Notes under the pieces: generated by a model
Database searches by the model: none
What the model was told of the DNA's origin: nothing
Seen by the model: only the letters and a program-made list of their open reading frames with translations
Shown here: positions 49,701 to 62,354 of the stretch, in pieces
Layout: the number at the start of each line of letters is the position of its first letter
Position numbering within the stretch: the first letter of the stretch is position 1
From: Vicugna vicugna
Taxonomy: Eukaryota
DNA length: 64,000 bases
NCBI GenBank assembly: GCA_013265495.1
Contig: MU058718.1
Coordinates: 2,565,779-2,629,778 of the forward strand
Direction: 5' to 3'
Translations under genes and position numbers: made by a program

Positions 49701-52700
49701 CAAGGATTCCCTCGTGGCTTCTGGTCCACTTCTACTTTTGGCCTTGGGAAAGCCTTCAGGAATACATTGCTCAAGCAGCTTCTTCTACCCTGGGATGAAC
49801 TCAAGCAGGCCCTGCTGCCCAGCACAGCCTTCCTGGCACACCTGCAGGTTGCTGAGGAGGGCCCCAGACCTGTGAAGACACCTGGACAGGAGAGGCTGCT
49901 AGGGTCATGATGGTGGCTGTAACCACACCGCCCACCTTAAAAAGAAACAACAGGGTCCTAATAACTGTTTACCCAACCAGCATCACTCTGTACCACACAC
50001 ATACACCAAAAACAAACAAACACAGCATCACTCTGTACCACACACATACACCAAAAACAAACACAGCATCTCTCTGTACCACATACATACACCAACAAAC
50101 AAACAAACAAACATGAAAACTGGAGGGAAAGCATACCACATTTTCCATTGTAAAGTTGGGTTTGTGGGTTTTCTTACTAGTCTGTCATTCTGAAAGGTGA
50201 GGAACTTTAGAAAAACCTGTCATGCAGTGAAACTGTAGGTCCTTTTTCTCGAGGTGGCGGGAGAAGCTGTTAAAAGTAAAAGCCACTCCAGCAGCCGGGG
50301 GTTGGGGGGCGGCTGCAGCCCGGTACAGGAACCCTCTGTCCCCGTTTGCACCGTGAACCCGGTCTGCCTGGGAGCCTGCCACCTTCCACAGGGCTGGGCC
50401 AGGGCTGAGGACAAGGGCTTAAGTGTTTCTGGAGAAATGAAGACGGAAGGAGGGATCCGAACCAGTGCAAAGGAGGAGTTCTCACGTGGGTGTGAGGAAC
50501 CCCTGGTGAGGACCAGCCTCCAACACTTGGGCAGCGCCTGGGCCGCTCCTCCCTTCCGCAGCCCCACCCCACTTCCCTTTCTACAAGGATATGAGAAGGG
50601 TGGGAAAGCATTAAATGGGAAAAAGAAGTGAGATTTTAAATCCTCACGTGAAGATGCCTTTAGCGACCATCGAACCTCAGCTTACAAAGCCGTCGCAGGC
50701 TGAGTTCACTGAAACCTGGCTGGCCTTTATCTCCCTGCTGGGCCCGAGATGCCAGCAGATGCGTCTCTGTCAGTCTCACCCTCTGTGACAGGAGCCACCA
50801 AGGCAGCATGTGGGTCCCTGGAGGGTCTGGAAGACAAACTGCCCCGGTGGGTAACATTCAGGAGAGAGGAATCCAGGGGATAAAAACAGTATCTCTCAAA
50901 GTGTGGCTCTCGTGCACTGTGGCTGTTTCTCCCGTGTCTCTGGTTTAATTAAAATGCTGACTTCCATGCCTCCGCCACCTCCTGACCCAGAACCTGCCTT
51001 TTTAAACCAGGTCCCCTGGTAATTCTGACGCCCACCACATTTGAGTATTGCTGGTGTAACGGAAAAGAGTGTGGAATTTAGAGCCAGAAGATCATACAAT
51101 CTTTGTGGGCCCCAGTTGTGTCATCTGTAAAGAAGGGCAGTATCTCCTTACCAAAATAGGAAGAAGTGTGTGAGAACACATTCAAAACTGGGAGGGCGAG
51201 AGGCCCTGAAATGACCACCGAGAAAGAAAAAGTGACACTTTGTTTCTGGATATGCTCATTACACATCTCATCCAGCTGGAATCCAGATTGATTCCTCACC
51301 TTCAAGGAGTCCAGCATCTTTGAATCTACCTGCAACTCCCATAGGAATCTGAGAAGTCACATTGGCCAGCAGTCTGGCTTTTCTTGCTCAGATAGACACA
51401 TGGGGGATCGCATTTCTAGGTCTTCTCCTCCATCATCAGGGAAGGGACCTGCCTTCTGGTTTCCTCCACCAAAGGATCTTTACGTGCCCTGCTTGGGGAT
51501 TTGGCCTAGGTGGGCCATCAACCCGTTCTGCCTCTCGGCTGGCCAGGATTACTGTGAGAGCATTCCTTGAACTCTTCCCCTCCACCCCACCCAACTGCTG
51601 CTGCTTTCCCAGGAGCTGCTAATTGGTCAGATGAAGTTCATTAACTACATGCACAAGTGTTCTCGAGCTCAGAAATGGAACGTTTGCAAGTATCTTGAAC
51701 GTTGTCATCAGTAGGAGGGAGAATCACCTGGGGAGTAAGTAGCACCAGCACAGACGCCCGGGACCCGCCCATTGAGAGAACAAGGTGCACGTTGAGAATT
51801 AGCATATTTAACAGGCAGCCCAGGTGATTCCAATGCTGTGGTTCCCAGAATCCACAGGGAGAAATGCAGTGCTCCCTCTGAGTGTCGAGGTCCCCATCAG
51901 AGCTGGGGTGGAACTTGCCTGCAGCCGCAAGGGTGTTACTAGAACTGTTCTCAAGCAAATCTTCTGTAAAGGGCAGCTCCACTCCAGCTCCTCACACCAA
52001 GGAAGGAACATTCCTGTGCACCCCTCTCTTTCTTCCCTTTTCCTCCCCTCCATCCTCTCTCTCCCTTCCCTCTCGTCCATGTCTTCTCACCCTCCATCCA
52101 GTCCCTCAGCAAAGCCTGGCAGCTTCACCCTCCAAGTACCTGAAGGGCCTCCGTGTCTGGGCCCTTCTCAGCTTCTCCACCAGCACCTCCGACTACCAAG
52201 GCAGCGGCTCTTTCCTGAGGTTCCGTAAGTCAGATCTTGTTTTTCTTCCGCTCAAAACCCTCCAGCAGCTCCCCACCTCGCTCAGGCGAAGCCCAAACCC
52301 TTCCCGTGACCTGTGAGGCCTGCTGGTCGAGAGCTGGCCAGGGCTGCCTCTCCGCCTCTGTCTTCTCGCGGCCCCTGGTCTTCCCACAGGCCCGCCTGCC
52401 TGAGATGGTGTCCCTGTCCCCACTCGTCCTCCCCTCCTCCAGGCCTCTGCCCAGAGGGCCTCTTCTCCCAGTGCCCTCCCTGACTGTGTTATTTAAAAGA
52501 GCAAAGTCCCCTTCCCCCTCCAGCCCTCTTTTCCCTCCCAGATTTAAGTTTCTGCCCCACGCTCGACACCGTCCACCGCACTGAATAATTGACCTGTCTG
52601 TTGCCCACTGCCTGGACAGGGGGGTGTCAGCTTCAGGACAGGCATTTTTGTCTGTTTTGTTTCCTGCTATATCCCTAATTCCTAGTCTGGTGCCAGGCCT

Positions 52701-55700
52701 ACAGAGTGCTCAATATTGGCTGAATTACTGGAAGAAGGAAAGTAAATTGCAACAGGCATTTGCTTTTCACTTGAGCTGACGCTGTGCTAAGTGTGCACAC
52801 CTGAGTGGGAAGGCAGGCATGGAAGAGGGAGCCGGTGATTCTCTGACTCGGAGGAGTGAACCCACCTTTCCCCAGTGTGGTTCCATCCTGAGAATGCTGC
52901 TTAACACACACAGACTTCACACCCTCACACTGTTTAAAAGGATCTCCAGGCCAGCTTACCAATAACTAGCCCACTGTAATTATAGTTTGAGTCTCTTAAT
53001 AGCCTTGCATAGGGGCCTAACCATCATTTTTTTTTGTTAGAAAAATGCAGTCATGCCCATGAGCTTAGAAGCTTTGGCACAGCTGCATTTGTAAGTTGCC
53101 GGCTGCACTGCTGCGCCTCTCTTTTTACCCGGACAAAAGCCAGGCCCCCCCGTGCTAGTTTAGTGAAATTAACCCAGCGCTCCCCATCAGCAGTCCTCCT
53201 CCGTCCCACCTCTCCCTGTTTCATAAGCCACTCTTAGAAGAATTGAGCTGAGGAACAAGTCTTCACAAAATAACAAACAGAACACAATACAAACCCATCA
53301 TTTTCTTAATTTGGGGGCAGAGCGGTGTTAGAGTTTGGCTTTTTACTTGAATTTCCTGAAAATGACTACCCTTTAGTCCTGCATCAGATCACCTTTTTAC
53401 CCTGGTGCTCAGAAGTATGTTAAGGAACAACATGGTTGCTGGCGTTGAGGTGTGAGAGGGGGTGTCACCCTGATTCTGAAGAGGAGGAAGCAGGTGTGGT
53501 GCATTTCTGTGGTGTCCGCAGAGCCACCCGAGCCCGGGCGCTGCTGAGTGTCAGTGCTTGGGACGCTGTGCTGCCCTGGTTCCCTGTGTTCTGGAGGGAG
53601 GGTCCCGATGGCAGTCGATGCCGTGACCACGCTCAGTGTGCCAGTCCCTGCAGGGGCTGCTGTTTTACCCTTAGTTGTGACTTTCTGAGCTGGAGTAACC
53701 CAAAACTTTCACAAGTTACCTTTATTTCTTTTAACTCAAACTGGGTCCCCCCTGCCTTTCTTAAACCGGTGATAGAGAGTGATATACAGATTTCCTCACA
53801 GCCAACTTAGATTTATCATTATCCATTTCTGGTTTTTTTTTTCCTGCCTTGAGTTTTATGTCACTTTCCTGTTTAAAAACGTTAAGGGTGAGGCCTAACT
53901 TTCTATTTTTATCAAACTGGAATTTCTCAGCCATGTCATCAAGGCTCTATACCAAATCTTGAGTCACTGACTTTATTCTCATTATGTCCCTGGTCAGATA
54001 TTCCACTTGAGTCAAGACTGTCTGTCCTGCCAACCCTCAGCTCCTGGGGCTTTCTCAAGAATCCGTGAGCAGCACTTCTGTCCAAAAGTGAATGCCACCG
54101 TTGCTGTTCTCAATTCTTCTTACCTGTGCTTTTTTGTCAGCTATGATAGCCACCCGGGCAATCTCTGCTATCTTCTACCATCAAGCCTGATTTGAAAAGC
54201 ATGACTCAAGCTTTTCTTGCTGAAGCCTGTGCTGATTAACCCCAGTCACCTGATCACATCCTTTAGCTTTCATGGTAGATGTCCCTGGGCTCTGCTGGAT
54301 GGTGGTTGAGTGCAGCTGTTAAGAATCTGGAGCCAGAGCTCTGGGTTCAAATCCCACCTCCACCACCTACAGCCCGTGTGACTTCAGGATGGTCACTTTT
54401 ATCTGTGCCTCTGGTCGTGTCCCTGCAACACAGGAATAAAAACAGCCCCTATTCTTGTACAAATTGAAAGAATTCATAAAGTTCATAGAAAAGGATCTGC
54501 CGTGTATTAAGCACTTAAATGTTAAATTTGTTACGTTCTTACTTGCTGATGCAAGGCTTTATGCTGGCTACATTATTACTTCTGTGGTGCTACATCTTCC
54601 CCCACTGGTTTGCTTTCTGTTCTCCCCTGGAATAGTGGGTGAGTATTGGTCTTTCCATTTCTTCCTCCCCCCTCCCATTTCCTCCTTTTCAGTCCTTGAT
54701 GTGGAACGCACCTGCTACCTAGTTTTTTCTGAGAGCAGGTATCTCTCTCGGGAGCTTGCACCTCACTGCAGCCTTGGGGCCTAGCGCTAGATTTCTGTGC
54801 CATCCCAGCTTGTCACTGTGCCCCTGGAGTCTCCACCCAACTCCTGCTTCTGGGGATGCTGGGGCACAGGTGTGCACAGCTGCTTTGCCTCCTGGTGGCC
54901 ATGCTCGGGATTGACATCGCCCTGGGTGTCCTCTCTTGTCCATCAGCACCCCCCTGCCACACTCCACCCCTCTTGGCCATTCTCTTTAGGGACAATGGCA
55001 TCTGCTCCAATTTCTCTGTTTCTTGGTAGCACAAATGACTTTCTCTCTTTAATGGGCAGAATAAGTGGGAGATGGAAGGAGCATGAAACTTACCCTGGTC
55101 CACATGGCTTCCTAGAGAGCAGTGCCTGTGGCCAGGCTCTCCGCTACTGCCTGGGCATCCTGCTCATGCCACGCCCACCACAAGAAATTCTGCAGGCACT
55201 GAGCATTTCACGACCGGGTTCCCCACCTCCTTCCCCTCTCTCTCCGCCTGCCTCCCCATACACTTTCTTTAGGGGGTGTGTGTATGTGTGTTCATTCTTT
55301 AAGGCCTGCCTTCTCTTTCAGAAAAAAAAATTTTCTGGGTAGAGACAAGCTGTAGGTTGTTCTTTTCAAGTTCAAGGTTACCAAAAAGAAGGAAGGAGTG
55401 CTTAGACATAAGACTGCATTTGGTAGTTTCTTTGTTCTTCCTCTTGGGAGCTCATTACTGTTAGTTTGAACCATATAAAATTGCTTATCTTTGGACATTT
55501 TTGACCCAGAAAAAAAATGGCAGTTTCGTACAGTTCAACCTAACACGTACTTACTGGTTGGCTTTCCTGTCACTGCACTGGGACCAGAGGGGCACAGCCT
55601 CATCCTCGCTCACCCACCGGCTCTTCAGTGAGACCAGATGGGAGCAGTCAGCAGAACTTCTTGCCAGAAGACAAAGCTAGTTAATTCCCCTGAGTTGAAT

Positions 55701-58700
55701 GTTATCCTGTCTCTTCAACATCAAAACCCCATTTGTTTATCACAACCTAAACGGATTTTACGGAGCAGATTCTGGGTCCGTGGTGAAGCTTGGCAGCCGC
55801 GGTGCTGGAATCACTCAGTCCTTTTCCTCCAAGTTTGCTTTCCTTTCCAGTCTTCACGTACAATGCTGCCCACAAGGAGACCTGCGAACACAACCACGAG
55901 CGCTGCTCCCGGCACGCCTTCTGCACCGACTACGCTACCGGCTTCTGCTGCCACTGCCAGTCCAGGTTTTACGGGAACGGGAAGCACTGTCTGCCGGAAG
56001 GTGAGGGATGCTGACTTGACTGGGGCAGGGGCTGCTCGGGGTCTGTCTCTGCCGCCTGCTGTTTCCAGCTGTCGCTATGGGCTCTGCTTATGGACCTTGT
56101 GTCTCTACCGCTTGAATCAAAGTGCTAGCAACTTGCAGGTGCTCAATAAATGAGAAATAAATGCGTTTGGGTGGATTTCCCAACTTAAGGATTAACCAGA
56201 AATGTTTCTGCCCTTTTTGCTAGCTCATCAGAGTCAAAGTGGGTGGGCGAGAGGGAGGATAGGAGAAGGGCTATGGAAGGCAGGTGTGTGTCCTACCCAG
56301 AAGGGTGGTGGGTTGGTAAGGGTCTCATGAAAAAGGGCTAAAGATGGAGTTTGGGGAGTTGTTGGTGGAATTGTTTTGTCTGTGCACCAAGACGGTGGTC
56401 ACGGTTGACTGGGTGTGCTGTGTCTCAGGGGCGCCTCATCGAGTCAATGGGAAAGTGAGTGGGCAACTTCGCGTGGGCCACACGCCCGTGCACTTCACCG
56501 ACGTGGACCTGCACGCTTACATCGTGGGCAATGACGGCAGAGCCTACACGGCCATCAGCCACATCCCACAGCCGGCCGCCCAGGCCCTTCTCCCACTCAC
56601 GCCAATCGGAGGCCTGTTTGGCTGGCTCTTTGCTTTAGAAAAACCAGGCTGGGAGAACGGCTTCAGCCTCACAGGTGAGTAGGGCCGCCGAGAGGGCCAC
56701 TGGTCACCCGTGCTTTGGTGGCGTGGAACCTTGAGTTTTCATTCCACGAAAAAGGATCTGCTTCTCTGATGTTCCAGAGTCACAAGAGTGTAGTATTCTG
56801 TCTGGAAGTACCTGGGGATGGTTTGGCTTCACAGGACTGTTTTTTTAAAAGAATGAATTCTTAATGTTCTCCAAGCTGTTCTGAGAAATAGAATGGTTCC
56901 ATTTGGAGCGTTTGTGCCCACTGAGCCCAATTTGTTGAAGCTTGTTTCCCAGACTTCATGTCATTGAGTTGCAATGCGCAGATCTGTTAAATAGGGGTGC
57001 ACGGTGGTAATTCCAGGACACCTGGGGATGGTGTTACTTCATGGGTGAGGGGTGCCTTTCCTCCCCACCCCCCTCCCCGACAACTCTGACCTGTAATAGT
57101 ACAGACAGTCCTTCTCAGACTTCATCCCACACGCACATTGCCTGGGGCCTTGGGAGGGTGCAGGTGTGATTCAGTAGGCGGGGTGGGGTGGTGGTGGTCT
57201 GTGATCCTGTCTTCTAGCAAGCTCCCAGGACACAGTGCTCGTCTAAGGACCACCCTTCCATAGCAAGGGGGCAGAGGCTACTTCCTGGCTCCTCATCTCA
57301 CTGTGCTTTGTTTCCTAGTGGATTTATCTTCATTGCACAGAAAGTGTAAAAGTTCTTTGTCCACTTCCAGCTGTAGAGCTCAATGGCCGTTAGTAGGATC
57401 TTACTTATAAACAGGGTTTGATAAAACCTTGAGTCAAAAGTAGATAAAATACAGTCTACCCAGTTACATTGACTTTCAGATAAATAAAACATTTTAGTGT
57501 AAGCATGTCCCATACAATACTTGGGGCATACTTATACCAATTTATTTATTAGTTATCTGAAATTCAAAAGGTGAATGGGTGTCCTGGGGTTTTCTTGGTT
57601 TATTTTTGCCAAAGCTGGAGAAAGGTCAAGGATTTTCCTAGTGGTTTATATTTCACAGGAAACAAGCTCCTACAAAGAGAAGCAGTGTGAGAGGAGGTAG
57701 GATGGAACCACACTGCGTCAGAAGGTTTGGGGAACTAATGGCATCAACAGCTGCTGGCCCTTGGCCTTGGCGATCAGATCTCCTTGGGCACCATCTCCAA
57801 CAGTAGCAGAAGCTGGGAAGGGGAAGTGTGCCCTGGTAGTTATTGCTGGAAGAGGCAAGACCTCTTTCCATCTCTGTGCTGGAACTTTTTTTCCTTTCCA
57901 GGTGCTACCTTTATCCATGACATGGAAGTTACCTTCTACCCAGGGGAGGAGAGGGTTCGAATCACTCAAACTGCCGAGGGACTGGACCCAGAGAACTATC
58001 TGAGCATTAAGACCAACATTCAAGGCCAGGTGCCCTACATCCCAGCGAATTTCACAGCCCACATCGCTCCCTACAAGGAGCTCTACCACTACTCGGACTC
58101 AGGTGCGTGCAGCCACTCCTCTCATCTGCACAGTGGGGATGGCACATGGCTCACAAGACAGGATTGTGTGAGTGCGTGGGATGTCCTTCCAACTGTGTGT
58201 GGCATATAAAATGAGCTCAATATTGTTTCTGTTACTCTGATTATTATGTTAGTGTGAGAAAAGTGCTGGCTGCTGTACACAAGAGTATCAGTGTCCCTTC
58301 TCAATACTGTTATTATAACATAAAGTAACCTTGTCTGTTGGGATGGGGAGGGATGGTATAATTATAGTTTTTAACCATCCTGCTCTCTGAGCCATGGAAA
58401 AATACTGATTATTGGAATTTATCCTTTAAAATTTTTTTTAAATTTATGTATATACATGTATATATGTTTTTTTTGTGGGAGAAGGTCATTAGGTCTATTT
58501 ATTAGTTTTTTTTAATGGAGGTACTGGGGATTGAACCCATGACCACATGTATGCTAAGCATGCTGTCTACCACTGAGCTATACCCTCTCCCACTATTAGA
58601 ATTTCTCCTTGTGTAACCTGTTTCAGTATCCTTTGAAATCAGAGATGCTGCACCAGTGTTATAAAACTAATGCTAGTTTTGGAGTCAGAAGACAGAAATT

Positions 58701-59789
58701 CATATCATGGATGCATTTAAAATATGTGGGGAATAAGGTCACTTACATCTGAGGACCTATTTTTCTCATCTCTAGAATGAGAATGTTAATAACCTTATTA
58801 CTGTCTGTCTACCTTACCTGGTTGATATGTGTAAAGTGTGATGTGTTCTTTAAAAACCACCTGATTTCGAGATGCTGCCCTGATCTTAGTGGCTGTCCCG
58901 CAGCACAGCTGTTTGATTTGTGTCATGCCTTTGCTTCTCCTGCGGTGTGAGAGCTGGAAGCCGGGCACAGGATGCAGGGAAGAGGATGGGCAGCGGAAAA
59001 CTGGCCTGGCCTCCTGATTCCGCACTCAGATGGAGAGAAAAGACACCCCCACCCCACCAACTACCTTTCTCTGACTTAAGTGCAAGGTGCTGAAAGGCAT
59101 GCCCTCCGTGCACTGCAGAGGATGGACTGGTTGGAAACTTGGGATGTAGAGTCAGGCTGACTTGAGCTCTGCCATGTGCCAGCCTTGCGTGTTAGACTTA
59201 ACTACTTCTTAACCTTTATAAGGCTCTCCACACAAGTTACGGGCCCACCTCACTGGCTGTGGTGAGGACAGAATAAGGCAGTGCCTACAGAGTGCTCAGC
59301 ATGGCTACAAGTAGACACATCTATTCTTTGCAAATTCTGGCATCAGTGATTGTACCTGCTCCCTCTCAGTGCCTTGGTTTTACACCCACTTGGGTTCTTG
59401 GGATTGCCTTGTAGGTTTCCCATATAAACTCAGGAACTTCCCAAGGGAACATGCTCCAGGAATTAAATGAAAGCTGTGCAGAGCAACTCACCCCATGTGA
59501 AAAACCTCTAATTAATATTTTGTAATTTCCCAGTTTGACCGAATTGTGTCTATTGCAGTTGTGACCTCCACAAGCTCCAGAGACTACTCTCTCACATTTG
59601 GTACCATCAACCAAACGCAGTCCTACCGTGTTCACCAGAACATCACGTACCAAACATGCAGGCATGCCCCCAGACGCTGGGCCGTCCCCACCACCCAGCA
59701 GCTGAACGTGGACCGGGTCTTTGCCTTGTACACAGATGAAGAAAAAGTGCTCAGATTCGCTGTGACCAATCAGATTGGCCCCGTTGAAG
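31513..59789 (+). CDS. NID2: Nidogen-2, 5' partial spliced CDS: join(31513..31740,32403..32711,40722..40954,45457..46160,55851..56000,56429..56674,57902..58102,59559..59789); continues beyond the window
   Basis: Exon translations join in frame (228+309+233+704+150+246+201+231=2302 nt), all introns GT..AG. Peptides [63 protein letters not shown] and [13 protein letters not shown] are recognisable nidogen-2 sequence. Confidence 0.97.
32403..32711 (+). CDS. NID2: NID2 coding exon 2 (NIDO domain)
   Basis: Pyrimidine tract and AG at 32401-32402; [12 protein letters not shown]...[13 protein letters not shown]...PSGE; donor GTAAGC at 32712. Confidence 0.96.
40309..40334 (+). repeat. (GAAT)n microsatellite
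   Basis: About six tandem GAAT units. Confidence 0.9.
40722..40954 (+). CDS. NID2: NID2 coding exon 3 (NIDO domain)
   Basis: ttttcccacag acceptor; [49 protein letters not shown]...KNLY; donor GTAAGT at 40955. Confidence 0.96.
41373..41530 (+). mobile_element. tRNA-derived SINE, long-tail form
   Basis: GGGTGTAGCTCAGTGGTAGAG...GGGTTCAATCCCCAG followed by aataaataa...aaacctaaatactcccc tail. Confidence 0.9.
44224..44390 (-). mobile_element. tRNA-derived SINE, long-tail form
   Basis: Same family as the other copies; flanking direct repeat TAAACTGCC. Confidence 0.88.
45215..45433 (-). mobile_element. Short L1 3'-end fragment abutting the exon 4 acceptor
   Basis: tttacaacgttgtgttagtttctg...gtacagcatggtgattcagtt...tagttccctgtgctatacagtagg. 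Confidence 0.8.
45457..46160 (+). CDS. NID2: NID2 coding exon 4 (end of NIDO plus acidic, Pro-rich linker); unusually long at 704 nt
   Basis: Acceptor tttttatttag ends at 45456; [17 protein letters not shown]...[13 protein letters not shown]...SSNTE; stop-free throughout; donor GTAAGT at 46161; phases match both neighbouring exons. Confidence 0.9.
48075..48272. mobile_element. MER2-like Tigger (Tc1/mariner) remnant
   Basis: ccaaaatctgcggatgctcaagccc...gaacccgcggataccgagggccagctg followed by TA. Confidence 0.7.
49978..50113 (+). repeat. Three-copy minisatellite, 41-45 bp unit with embedded (AAAC)n
   Basis: CAGCATCACTCTGTACCACACACATACACCAAAAAC(AAAC)nA units start at 49978, 50023 and 50064. 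Confidence 0.92.
52170..52735 (+). mobile_element. LINE-2 3' fragment
   Basis: ctcaaaaccctccagcagctcccc...ttttgtctgttttgtttcctgctatatccc...gtgctcaatattggctgaat. Confidence 0.7.
55851..56000 (+). CDS. NID2: NID2 coding exon 5 (first EGF-like domain)
   Basis: tcctttccag acceptor; [50 protein letters not shown]; donor GTGAGG at 56001. Confidence 0.96.
56429..56674 (+). CDS. NID2: NID2 coding exon 6 (G2F beta-barrel)
   Basis: tgtctcag acceptor; [12 protein letters not shown]...[24 protein letters not shown]; donor GTGAGT at 56675. Confidence 0.96.
57440..57620. mobile_element. MER53-like palindromic hAT element
   Basis: gataaaatacag...cccagtta...tttcagata...taagcatgtccc / ggggcatacttata...tatctgaaattcaaa...tgggtgtcctg forms an imperfect palindrome. 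Confidence 0.8.
57902..58102 (+). CDS. NID2: NID2 coding exon 7 (G2F)
   Basis: ttcctttccag acceptor; [17 protein letters not shown]...[11 protein letters not shown]; donor GTGCGT at 58103. Confidence 0.95.
58430..58592 (-). mobile_element. tRNA-derived SINE
   Basis: gaggtactggggattgaaccc...atgctaagcatgctgtctaccactgagctataccctctccc. Confidence 0.88.
59559..59789 (+). CDS. NID2: NID2 coding exon 8 (end of G2F)
   Basis: tattgcag acceptor; [15 protein letters not shown]...[27 protein letters not shown]; donor GTATGG at 59790. Confidence 0.95.
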
Positions 59790-60314
59790 GTATGGTTTCC
59801 TTTTTTGTTATTGCTGGGCAAAAATAACATTGAACTTTCTTTCTTCATCCCTTTTGAGTGGCCTCAGAATGATTCATGTAGGTTACTAAGGTAAACTGAA
59901 TGCCAGGCTCTATTAGGTGCTGGGTGTAAGGATGAATAAGGTAGGGTCCTGTCCTTGAGGTGGAGACAGAGGTAGAAATGGAACTTCTAGAACAGTGTTC
60001 CTGCCAAGCTCAGGAATAAAGCATAATACTTATGCTCAGGAACAGAGCGTAATACATGAGACTGGTTTGTAGCAACACCCAACTGTATGTGCCGATCTGC
60101 GTCCATGATACACCTGTGAACAAGCTGGGGCCGAGGTGGGAGGGAGAATGATGCTGACAAATGTTTGTTATAATTGTGATAAGTGCAGGGTGCTATGAGC
60201 CTAGATGGGAGGTTCAGGAAAGATATCCCTGAGTAAATAATATTTTAGCTAAAACTTAAAGGATGAGAAGGATTTCACCAAATTTTCACCAGTGCCTAGA
60301 AGAACAAAACAAGA

Positions 60315-61200
60315 TAGAACTGCATGTATGAAAAAACCCAAATTAACATCACACTTAATGACGGAAGACTGGATGCTTTCCCTCCAAGATCAGGAATAAG
60401 ACAAGGATGTCATCTCTTGCAGCTTATCTTCAACATTGTGCTGGAAGTTGTAGGCAGGCAATTAGGCAAAAAAATGAATTACAGGCATCTAGCTTGGAAG
60501 GGAAGAGGTAAAATTATCTCTCTTTTTCTATGACATGATCTTACTGGTAGAAAGACTAAGAAATTTATTTTAAAAACTATTAGAACTAATAAACAAGTTC
60601 AGTAAGGTTGCAGGATATGAAATCAATATATAAAAATCAATCATTTTAATAGCGATGAGCAAACTGAGAAGAAAATTAAGAAACAATTCCATTTCAAAAA
60701 GAATAAAGTAGGAATAAATTTTTAAGAAGTGTGATACTTTTACATTAAAACCTATAAATGTTTTTGAAAAAAAGGAAGGCCTAAATAAATGGAAAACTAT
60801 TCTGTGTTGATGGATTGGAAAACTTAATATTAAGATGTCAGTGATTCATAAACTGACCTATGAATTCAATACAATCCTATCAGCTGGTTTTTTCTTTTTT
60901 TTGAAGAAAACATGATGCTAAAATTCATGTGAAAATGTAAGGAACTCAGAATAGCCAAGATAATTTGAAAAAAGAACAAAGTTGGACTAACCATACTTCT
61001 GATTTCAAAACTTGAGTAATCAATACAGTATGGTCCTTGAATAAGGACAGACATACAGATCAATAGGAATAGAAGTGAGAATACAGAAATAATCACTCAT
61101 GTTTACGGTCGATTGTTTTCTGACGGGGTGCCGAAACAACTGAATGAGAAGAAAGTAGTCTTTTTGACAAATGGTTCTGGGACAACTGTGGATATCCACA
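60315..61200 (+). mobile_element. Older L1 ORF2 (RT region) fragment
   Basis: ORF 60324..60533 ...LNDGRLDAFPPRSGIRQGCHL...FNIVLEV is L1 RT sequence; decayed continuation to ~61200. Confidence 0.88.
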
Positions 61201-62354
61201 GGACAAGAGAGAAAAATAAAAGATGTCCAAATTGGAAGGGAAGAAGTAAAACTGTCACTATTTACAGATAACAGATACTAGTATAGAAAACCCTAAAGTC
61301 TCCACCAAAAAACTATTAGGACCTATAAATGAATTTAGTAAAGTTCTAGGATACAAGATTAACATACACAAATCTGTTGCTTTTCTATACACTAATAATG
61401 AACTTCAGAAAGAGAAAGCAAGAAAACAATCCCATTTGAAAAAATAAAATACCCAGGAGTAAACTTAACCAAGGAGGTGGAAGGACCTATGCTTTAAAAT
61501 CTGTAAGAAAGCAATTGAAGGTGATACAAAGAAATGGGAAGACACGCATGTTCACGGATTGGAAGTATTAGTCTTGTTATGGTTTGATGACTAGAGAAGG
61601 TCTTTAACATTTGTTGTAAAGCTGGTTTGGTGGTGCTGAAATCTTTCAGCTTTTGTTTTTCTGTGAAGCTTTTGATTTCTCCATCAAGTCTGAACGTGAG
61701 CCTTGCTGGATAGAGGATTCTGGTTGTAGGTTTTTCCCTTTCATCACTTTAAATATATCACGCCCCTCCCTTCTGGCCTGTAGAGTTTCTGCTGAAAAAT
61801 CAGCTGATAACGTTATGGGAGTTCCCTTGTATGTTATTTGTTGCTTTTCTCTTGCTAATTTTAATATTTTCTGCTTATCCTTAATTGTTGTCAGTTTGAT
61901 GGCTATGTGCCTTGGTGTGTTCCTCTTTGGGTTGATTCTGTGTGGGATTCTCTGTGCTTCCAGGACTTGGGTGACTGTTTCCTTTCCAAAGTTGGGGAGG
62001 TTTTTGGTTATTCTCTGTCCAAAATTTTCTCAGGTCCTCTCTCTCTCTCTCCTCTTTCTGGGACCCCTGTAATGCGAATATTAGAGCACTTCATGTTATC
62101 CCAGAGTTCTCTTAAACTATCCTCAGTCCCTTTTTTTTTTTTCTTTTTTCTGTTCTGAAGTAGTGATTTCCACTAATCTGTCTTCTAGCTCACTTATCCA
62201 TTCTTCTACCTCATTTAGTCTATTCTTGGTTCCTTCTAGTGTGTTATTCAGTTCAGTGATTTTATTCTTTAACTGTGTTCAGGTATTCTTTATATTTTCC
62301 AACTCTTTGCTAAAAACTTCACTCTGTGCATCTATACTCCTCTTGAGTTCTCTG

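Noticed and set aside
49978..50113. CRISPR-like repeat array
   Set aside because: Mammalian intron; units are directly tandem with no unique spacers.
51824..55342. Intronic ORFs of 130-181 aa (51824, 51882, 54797)
   Set aside because: Ser/Pro/Leu-rich, partly overlapping L2 or MER5 remnants, no recognisable homology, and not needed for the NID2 frame.
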